Assembly: GCA_013265495.1 (NCBI GenBank)
Contig: MU058384.1
Coordinates: 2,233,690-2,297,689 of the forward strand
Length of the DNA stretch: 64,000 bases
Reading direction: 5' to 3'
Origin: Vicugna vicugna
Lineage: Eukaryota
Positions 54,861 to 64,000 of this stretch are shown piece by piece. A program made the translations under genes and the position numbers. The notes under the pieces are model-generated. The model was given only the letters and a program-made list of their open reading frames with translations, was not told where the DNA came from and ran no database searches. The number at the start of each line of letters is the position of its first letter. Position 1 is the first letter of the stretch.

Positions 54861-56099
54861 AAGGATTTACCTGTTAAGTGCACATGGGGTCATCCTTATG
54901 GGGTGAGTTCAGTCTTAGTGTGATGGTGTTCATTCTCCTGGTCCACTTCTCATAGTCTCAAGATCCTGCCGCAGTTCCAGACACCCCATCAGGACCTACA
55001 TTCAAAGATAGGAGGTAGGGGTCTGATCAGAGTGATGACAGTGAGATATGAGTGAGTACTGAAGAGAACTGTTTTTTTGGGGGGATGGGATAGAGGAGGA
55101 GGTGATTAAAATGTTCCAAAGTTGTGATGTTTGCCTAATAACACTGTGAATATACTAAAAAAAAAAACTGAATTGTACACTTTAACTAGGTGCATCTTAT
55201 GGTTTCTGAATTCAAAAATGTTATTTGTGGTCCATTGGACTGGGAGCCCTGTGATGGCCGGGGTGGAGCCAGCTTTACCCATTACCTTATTTCTAGCCAG
55301 TGCCTCATACACAGGTGCTCAACAAATACTTCTTGAGGGAATGGGCACATTTTTATACCATAGTTGATGTTTTAATGGCACGTCATAAATTTCAGAGTAT
55401 TTTTATTTCACGGACAGCAGCAGTTCCTTTGTGCCTCCTAACGACCTGAAGGTGGTCAGTGGGTGATCAGGAGACCGTTATTTGCCCATATCGTGAAAGA
55501 TGATCAGCTGTACAACCGGGGAAAGACCAAAACCCATTTCTGTCTCCTGACTTTCATTTGAGGGTGCTCTCCCAGGCCTGTGTGTTTTGCATCTTTCGAG
55601 TCTCCAGAGAGAGGGAGTCTACTTTGTAGTACAATCGGCACAGCTCTGGGAGACTGACTCCCAAACCAAGCAGCATAGCAATTCGGGTCACTTGGGGGGC
55701 AGAAACCAAAGAACCAAGATTCCTTTGCTGAGCAAACATAGCGATGAGGCCAGTGGGATTTTAGCTTCAGGATATTGGACTCAGTCTCCTCAAATACTTT
55801 TGATCAAGAAAGTTTGAGTTAGTGGGGTGTCCCATGACCATGATCTCAATAGTATTTAGATTAAATGTCTTCCTCGGTCCACCTCATCCCCCACCTTTCT
55901 CTCTCTCTCTCCTCTCTCCTCTCTCTCTCACACTCTCTCACACTTGGGGGAAGAAACCCAGATTCGGCACTTTCAGCCAGGATCTTTCCAGCTGTAAGGG
56001 AGGGAGCCACAGGAGGAGCCATCTAGCTAAGAGAAACTCATTTGAAACCCCTTCAGAAAGAAGTCCTTAGAGTCCCCTTCTCCTCGTCCCCCAAATTGG

Positions 56100-57600
56100 G
56101 ACGCGCGGACTCCTAGTCGGCTACAGAACCCCTGGCCACTGGTAGAATTTAACGGTGTCCGCTTTTAGATACACCGAAGCAGCCCGGAAGCCTTGGCTAG
56201 AAGGGGACTGGGATAGCCCAGCGGGAACCCTCGAGGCGTTCCCAGGGGGCGGGGTGCGTTGACCCCCGCCCTGCGGGCAGAAGCGCAGGTGAGCAGCCAG
56301 AGAGATGCTCGCCGCACCCCCTCGGCGCCCCACCCCTCTCCGCACCCGGCCCAGGGGCGGGCGAGGCCTCTGCTCAACCGCCCGGGGGCTTTGGCGGGAA
56401 GTGGGGCGGCGACGTGGGAGCCCCAAGACTGGGCGGCCGTGCCCGGCCCGCCAGGGTTCGCGGAGGCGCGGGGCCACCTCCCCACGGGCGCTAGGCGCGG
56501 CGGCCGCGGGAGCCGCAGGTGGTTCCCCGGGCCAGCCCTTATCTCCTCCCCCTTTCCTTTCTTTCGCCTCCCCTCCCTCTCGCCCGGTGTCGGCGGCACT
56601 TCCCCCGCTTCCTCCTCCCTCTCCAATCGGGAGGGAGGGAAGGAGCCGCCGGCTCTTTCCTGCCTCCCTGCAAACTTCAGCGGGACTCGCGTCTCCTCTC
56701 GCCGCCGCGCCCCCCGCCCGGGAGCTGCTCCTCGAACTTCCTCTCGCCGCGCGGCCCGGGAACCCCGGCGGCTGGAAGGACGCCTCCGGGCGCCAGGCGG
56801 CCGCCGCTCGGACCCCCCGGATCCCTTCGGCTCCCTGGGCGGCCGCCGCTCCTCCGCCTCGCCACCCGCCCGCCCGTCGGTCAGTCCCGCCCGCCCGCCT
56901 CGCCGCTTCCCCACGGGCAGGAGCTGCCCGGCTGCCCCTCGGCGCCCCGCCGCTGCCCGGACTTTTCTTTGTGTTGGATGCGGACTCGCGCCCCGGGCCG
57001 ACTGGGGCCGGACTGAGCGCTGCGCTCTCCCGCACTGCCCGGCCCCGCCATGCCCTTCCACCAGAGGACCGTGGAGCCCGCGCGGCTGCGCCCGCCCGAG
57101 GCGGCCGGGGCGGCGGGCGCGCCGCTCTTCCGCTCGCTGGAGCAGGTCAGCTCGCACGCCCTGGTCTGCCTCCTGGCGCAGCTCGCCGATCTGTCGCGCT
57201 GCGCCGGGGACATCTTCGGCGAGCTCGAGGGCCAGGCGGCTGCCCTGGGCCGCCGCACCGCCGCGCTGCACCGCCGCCTCGACGCCCTGCACGCCGCTGC
57301 CGCGCGCCTCGACCACCGCCGAGTGAAAATCCGTGAGTGGCGGGCGGCTCCGGGGAGGGGAACGAGGTGGGGAGGCGTCCGGCCGGCTGCTCCCTCCCGC
57401 CCCCTGGCGGCCCCCGGCCGGCTCTCGGGCATCCGCGCGGAGTCCCGGAGCCCGGAGCCCCGGCCCCGCGCAAGGGTCCGGCTCTGGGGTGGGGACGGCC
57501 GGACCCGGACCCGGCGGTCGTGCAGGTGGCCGGCGGGCGCGCGCGCGGCGCTCTTCCACTCTCGGGTTGCGAAGGTTCCAGGCCGCCTCGGTGGAGTATG
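56100..57600 (+). promoter_or_regulatory. NHSL1: CpG island promoter and 5' UTR of NHSL1
   Basis: Abrupt shift to very high GC and dense CpG in an otherwise CpG-depleted window. GC boxes at 56246-56254 (GGGGCGGGG), ~56262-56271 (reverse) and ~56354-56361. No TATA box seen; exact TSS cannot be determined. Confidence 0.9.
57050..57332 (+). CDS. NHSL1: First coding exon of NHS-like protein 1, long isoform with N-terminal WAVE/Scar homology domain (94 codons + 1 nt, phase-1 intron)
   Basis: ATG in context cccgccATGc inside a CpG island. Translation MPFHQRTVEPARL...LEQVSSHALVCLLAQLADLSRCAGDIFGELEGQ...RLDHRRVKI aligns with the WAVE N-terminus (MP..KR...[22 protein letters not shown]) and matches my recollection of NHSL1 rather than NHS (MPFAKR) or NHSL2 (MPFYRR). 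Canonical donor C|GTGAGT at 57333; the split codon C.. fits the expected Pro of KIPVSNLD. Confidence 0.92.
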
Positions 57601-60600
57601 GGAATTGGGCTGGCCCCGTCCCTCTGTCTTGTCCTTCTCTGTTTGTCTGTGTGGAAGGCTGAGAGGAGCCCCGGGGGTGCTGTAGACAGAGGAGGAGCCA
57701 AGGTCGTGGGAAAAGGGTCAGAGGAAGGTGGCCAGTTCGAGAAGCCAGGTGCAATGTAGATGTGGATTTAGAATGATTCCAGCCCCTGAGACTTCAGGAG
57801 GATCCGTTTGTAAAAATCTCTGAGGATCTCAGCGAGCGTTGGGGCTGCTAGTCACCCCTCTGACTGGGGCTCTTACCTTCAAACAAAAGTATGCTTTTAG
57901 TTCAGGGTTTTCTTTTTTGGTGTTAATTTTTGCCGCTTTCCGACCCCCATCCCCCTCATTGACCCACCAGGTCTTTAATTCAAGGGGCCTTGACCTTGTC
58001 CTGAGACTCAGAATCCTATTCGTCTTTGACCTCCTCCAACCCTGAAAACCAAGTCTCTGTCCTGACGGAGTGATCTTTCTAAGCACCCATTTCGTCTTAG
58101 CAGCTTAACCAGCCCCAGTGAATGAAGTAACTGGAATTTCCTGCTGGCCCAAAGTAGAGAAACTTTCAGTGTGATGTTTGTGTGGTTTCTCCCGTTTTAG
58201 TACATGGACTTGATCATAATCCTAAGTGTAAAGTGGAGATGGTTGATGGATTGCAGAGTGGGAGGGGAGGTGCTGGTGTAACACACGCCTAGATTTCAGC
58301 AGCTCTGGATGAAATACTGCCTCTCTTAGAATCACTTCATATGCAGTCTTGAATAGCTGGTTTTCAATTTTTTTTTTCTCCTTGCTAGAAAAGTTTAGCT
58401 ATATTTTACTACCTTACAACTGGAAGAGTTCAAGTTTTTAGTGCTTTAATACCACCGAGATTGTTTGCTATAATACATCTTTCTCCAAGTTGTGAAGTTA
58501 TCATGTGATGGTTTTACATTTTACAGTTCATCTCTTTGATATTGCTGTCAACACATCCTTATAAGTTGTGGGCAGTTCCCTACCCAGGAGTTCCCGGCTT
58601 CTCCTCCCCTCCACCCCCCAAAAAAGGTCAGAAAGGGGAGAGAAATCAAAGTGGCCTAATAAAGTTGTTGGACCTAAACAGAATATATCTACGTAATGTG
58701 AATAATGACCTTATGCATCAGGATATACTGTCTTAGTGGAATGTCATGATCATCTCAGCAGTCACTGGTTGCTTCCATGCCCTTTCTGTGTAGAGTGTCT
58801 GTGTGTGGATGAACAAGAATTTCACCCTTGTGGAATGCTGTGATGAGGCAGATCTGACTGCTAGGTGAACTGATCTATTGTGGGAATTGAAAACCAGGAA
58901 AAAACTCCCCGAAGGACACAACCTCATTCTTTCGCTAGTTTTGTTTTACATTTAAACATATCACTTTTCTCTCTTTGCATACATGTGCACCAAGAGCTAA
59001 GGTTCATAGTCAGAATCCCCCAGATCCAATGAATTAACTAAGGTTGTCCTAATTAGTGACTGAAATAACGCTTTTTAAAACTGTCTTTAAAAAAAAAAAC
59101 TTTTCACAAGTTTTTTTTGAATCTTAAATGGCTTTGATTTCCTACCAGGAAAACTGGCTCATCTTTTTTTTTTATGATGGAGAAGGAAGTCTTTTATTGA
59201 ATACAATTATGTCTGAGAGTAGAAGTACACACATAGAGAAGAAAGCTGAACTATAAAGATTTTAGTTTTTCTGGGTTTTGTTCTTCACACACAACTTTTT
59301 TATGTGCTGAAAAGTCATGAAGCATCTATGCATTCATCTTATTTAGACTCTGTTATAATTCTTTTTTAAAAAAATGTCTTGTTCTTGTGTAAAATGTCCT
59401 TATTCCTGTGTAAAAGCTACATTTTAAAATCACTTTGGTCCCTTTTTAGGCAGGTCTAGGGAGTAACATGCTCCACTTAGAATGGACGAGTAGACACTTA
59501 GACTTGAACCTGACTGTAAGAGCCATCTATTTCAGTAACTCTTGACAGGAGAGGACATCAGGTCCAAGGGAGCTGAGGTGATTCACTGCAGGTTAGGCAG
59601 TGGGCTGATGGCACAGCTGGGCCTGGAGCCCAGACCTTCTGATCGGGTTGCCTGCTGTCCCACTGCATGTATCCATCCCTTCCTTTTTAGGGTCGTGTGG
59701 GAATGGGTTACAAAGGTTAGATACATTCCATAAACAGTCCCAAGGATAACGATGACTGCTAATTTCATCCTACTTGTCAGACAAACTTTTAATGAGTCTC
59801 CTAAGGAGTAAGTAAGAGAACTGAACTTGTTTACCAGAAGCCAGAGCGCAGTGGCAGAGTGCGCCTCTCTCACTGCCTGATGGGGCAATACCATAATCAG
59901 CGGTGTGAGTGGAGCTGTTTGAAAAAATGACTTTATCTTAACAATGCAGAAACCATATTTTAGTCCTGTGGGCCAGCCCTGCCTCAATAATTCTGACAAG
60001 TATTTCATCACATTTGCCATTCCTCAGAATCTCATAGGTAGATAGTCATCCAAAATAATTTTTTGTCATAACTGGGGGGGGACACACATTACTCCTTTTC
60101 TTTTATTTATCCTTAAAGACTCCCCTAATGCTTTCCCGGACACCCCCAGGTTGGAGGGAGGGCTCCCGTGGCATCCAGTGTGGGCATCTGTTATGTACCT
60201 CCATCTCTGCGCTTCCCAGCGTGGGCTGACATCGTGTATTCATTTCTGCTCCCCTCTGCTACATTGCGCACTCCAGAGGTCAAGGATGCCTGCATCTATG
60301 TTTATCCCAAGTTTAAAACAGTGCCTGGAATGTGATAGCTCAATCGATACTTGAACTGAACTAATGTTTAGTTTCTTGGTGTTCAGTGTCAGGAAGAATA
60401 ACTATGAAAACCTGACTGCTGCCAATATACATGAACAAGACAGTTACTTTAAAAACTAATGAAAAAGTAAACTTTCTACCCCTTTAAGGTTATGAGCTTA
60501 ACCACCAGTAGGCTCCTTTCTGTAAAAGTCAAACTTCATTAATTTTGCTGACAAAATAAGTTCCCATTGAAAATAGTGACAATGGCCAGAAATGTGGGTA

Positions 60601-63600
60601 GTTACATCTCGGCTCTGTAAACAATCAAAACAGACTTTGCTCTACAGAAATCAGTAGACACTTAACCTAATAGCCTTGTTTTATTTTTAAGCCCTGTGTG
60701 ATTTGTTTCTTTTTATAATTAATAATAACTCTGTACTATGTAGCACTTTTATAATTGGAAGAATGTGTTCATTATTTAATTCAAAACCTGTGAGGCAGGA
60801 AGTCCAGGTTGTATTATATTCATTTTAATAGACAAAAGGATGGAAGTTTTGGAACTAGTAAGAGGTCTACATAGACAGACACTGAGTCTTCTGATTTCTA
60901 GTCCCGAACTTCACCTTAAAACTGCTTCCTGAGTGAATACGAATTGTAATTGTTGAAATAGAGTAGGAAAAAGGATGATTTGCTGGCTTTTTTTCTTACA
61001 GTTCCAGAAAAGCAGATTTTTCTCCCCTGACTCTAAAAGTATACTAAGTTCAGGGAGATTTGTTGTGTTGCACAACTATAGAGGGCAGGATTCATACCTT
61101 AGTGTATATTAACTGTGTACCTATGGAACTGGTGTGGTTCTCAGCCTGTGCACCTGTACATGATAACCTTGGTAGAATGTATATAATTTTTATAGGTGTG
61201 ATAAATGGTGTTCAAGATAGCTAGTTGGCAGAATGATTGTACAGGCACTGTTTTTACATAAGCAAGGTATGAGTTTGTAGTGTCTGTGTTAGGCAGACAC
61301 TATAGCCTTATACTTTCTGGGTGATGCTCTAGGTGACAGGCTGCATTGACCTACCTCACAATGGACTGTTCCCCTGACCCAACCAGAGGGTTGGCTGATG
61401 CTGATGTCAGAATATCTTTTCCAAATGAACCTTTTATGCAAGGTGCTTGTCAGACTTCTAAAGACAGAACTTCACTGCACTTTTAAGAACATGTTGCATG
61501 ATTGGTTTTGTGCCTGCCTGTCTGCCTGCTGTTAAGTGTATTTCTGGTCAAACTGACCTAAGAGCGCTTTCATTGAAACATACTATATACACGGGAGGCT
61601 GTTGGTGTGGGAATGTGTCGCCACCCACCTCTGATCCCTGGATGGTCTCTTAACTGTATTAATGGAAACCGACAGCTGAGCATCCAAACTGCACCTCAGG
61701 TTAAGGAGGCCACTTGAGATGAAGCAGCGTTTCCCATAGTTGCCTGCCCTTAAGAATTGCCTGGAACTCTCGTTAGAGTTACAGATTCCCAGACCCTTCT
61801 AAAGCCTTGTGAGCCAGAGCCTCCAGTATGTTTAACAAGTGCCCCTGTGTTCTCAGAGCGCTTGGAGGAGCATTGAAATAGACTGGAAAGCTCATCGGGT
61901 TGAGGATTAGGAGTCTTGAGTCTGGTTTCACCTCTGCCGGATTCTAATGCAGATTTGGAGCAATTTATTCAAAACCTCCAGGCCTTAATTTCCTTTATCT
62001 GTAAAATAGAGACTTTGACTAAAGTACCAGGCCTTTCCAATTTCGGCATTTTGTGATTCTAATGAGGGGTTACTGTTTGATAACATCTCAGATGACTTTT
62101 GATACAACTTTGATCAATAATCTCTGTCTGGTTCTTATGGTTAGGGATTTAACAAAGTCTTTGTGCCTGAAATAAATTCTTCATGACAGTATGGATTCTT
62201 TTACTCCTATTTTACCCACACAGAGTGCGTGGAACTTCACGTCTTGAGGGGTCAGACGTTTTCCAAACAGATCAAGCAGGTACTTGTTTCACATTTGCGT
62301 GTATCGTGCCCACAGTCCATTAATAGCTTCCTCTTCATTTTTGAAAAGTGCTAATAACATCATTATGGAAAGAGAATTGTTGTTTAAATGCATGTAGATT
62401 TCTAAAAATGAGAGTTTTTTAAAAAAATTATGAGCATATATTAAGCCAAAACATCAGTCTACTGATTGACTCTTGGATATTGAAAATACAATTACTTGGT
62501 TTAAAAAGCTATCTACATTTAGGTTGAAATGATTTCTTTAGCAATTACCTAGTTTTCCTCTGTATTAGAGGAAAAGCCAATCTTGAAGTTTCATCCTATG
62601 GACTGTTTGAAGATTGGGACTAGCAAATGAAAAAAAAAACTTACATAATGAGAGAGATCTTTGAGATTCTTCATATTTTGGAAGACAATTCAGAAACAGA
62701 AAACGCAGTGTTTTCTTCTGGCTATCATTTTAACATCTTCTAAAAATCAACTTTTAAGCATCAAATAAGATGGTTTGCACCTAACTAGGCAGTTAGTAAT
62801 TTATTTAATTCTGTTTCTCCTCAAATTGGTTTATATCCTGAAATGAGTGAATTTTGCAAGATTTGAAGGTCAGAATCTACAGGGTGTTGCTAATGGCCAT
62901 CTTGCTTTCACATGTTAACATTTGTGGTCTGTACATCTCAGAATGCACTAGCAGCATTTTAGACAAGTGTGGTAAAAGAGGTGGCACTGCTGGTTTTGAA
63001 TGAGGGCTCTTCTGAGAAGAGGCCCTGGAGGTCCCAGCCTCAGTCCCTTTCCTTGTGAATTAAAGGTCATGTCTGTGAAAGCATTTAGCATCACTCCAAC
63101 AACAACAACAAAATGACATTAGTAACATCAGTATCTCTAGGCAGCAGCACAATTTCAGTTTCTGGTCCTGGGCTGTCTTTTTCGTGACTTTGCACTGCCT
63201 GATAAGGCGGACAGCTGAGACCAGCGCCCTTGCCGTAGGCTGGATGCTTTACTATGTGAGCAGCTCTGTGAGGTGGATACTGTTGTTACTTCTGTTTGAC
63301 AGGTGATGCACCTAAGGCACAATAATCTGTCCACACTCACAGCTGGCAAGCGATGGAGCTGAGGTTTGAACCCAGGCAGACTCGTCTCCAGAGCCCTTCG
63401 TTTCATGCTGTGGTACTGTCTCTCCTCAAATCATGACACTCTGTACTCGAATGAGGAAAACTGATGTCAAGGAGATATGGCAAAAGCTTGTCAAATATCT
63501 GAGGGGGAAGAAAACCCCTAAATCTCTTGGTCTTTTTCCCTTTTCCTTCTCTTTTTGTTTTGAAACCTCTCAAACTGCTGGCAGATGGCCATGACATTTG

Positions 63601-64000
63601 AGACACACCTATAAAGTACTTAGCACAGGGCCTGGCACACAGCTCATATGTATTTAACCTTGACTGTTGCTCCGCTGACAGCGAAGGACTGAGTGAGCCT
63701 CTGTGTGTACAGGGTTGTCAGGGTACCACCCCAGGGGGCCCAGTCCGTCTAAGGCTGCTCACCGAAGCCTAGAAGATGGATCTTGTGTCAGAGATAAACA
63801 TACACATACTTCCCATTTAAAACTCAGAGAGTTCTGCCCAGGGGACTTACAGTACATGTAGTTCCTGACAGGAGTGTGTGAAGGGTGGTGATTTCTTTCT
63901 GCCTTGCAGGGCTTTGGCGGCGTTGGGGTTGGGTGAACCAGCCCTTCTCTTGGGGCCTTCATGCAGGTATCTTGGAGCCCTCATCACCTGCATTTCCTCC
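57333..64000 (+). other. NHSL1: Start of NHSL1 intron 1 (continues beyond window)
   Basis: Begins with GTGAGT donor; no sequence encoding the expected next exon (PVSNLDEES...) recognised before the window end. Confidence 0.8.
63280..63420 (-). mobile_element. MIR SINE remnant
   Basis: ACAGGTGATGCACCTAAGGCACA...GAGCTGAGGTTTGAACCCAGGCAGACT. Confidence 0.65.

Noticed and set aside
957..55817. Many 60-155 aa ORFs upstream of the CpG island
   Set aside because: They fall in repeats, often antisense L1/LTR, or are random-length with no homology or splice support.
57333..57685. C-terminal 117 aa of the 211-aa ORF
   Set aside because: Read-through into the intron beyond the GTGAGT donor; homology ends at VKI.
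56121..57759. Long overlapping ORFs on both strands (529, 355, 343, 304, 184, 183 aa)
   Set aside because: Arg/Pro/Gly/Ala-rich products expected from stop-codon scarcity in a CpG island; no recognisable domains. Only the 57050 frame has homology.

Overview
Mammalian genomic DNA, most likely a camelid. That call is inferred from tRNA-derived Vic-1-like SINEs and the absence of Alu, B1, Bov-tA/BovB and PRE1. The first ~56 kb is repeat-rich with no recognisable host coding exon. It holds old and young L1 fragments, MLT1/LTR16-type LTRs, a degraded ERVL provirus, MIRs, hAT remnants and a 346-N assembly gap. A CpG island at ~56.1-57.6 kb holds the first coding exon (57050-57332, + strand) of the WAVE/Scar-homology-domain isoform of NHSL1, followed by the start of its intron 1. 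I found no convincing novel multi-gene system. The best observations are an in-frame uORF ahead of NHSL1, a CTCF motif and a TEAD-motif cluster in intron 1, and several readable retrotransposition events (target-site reuse, a SINE dimer, a candidate L1 3' transduction, an internal L1 deletion). Repeat family names come from recalled consensus sequences, not a database search, and old-repeat boundaries are approximate.
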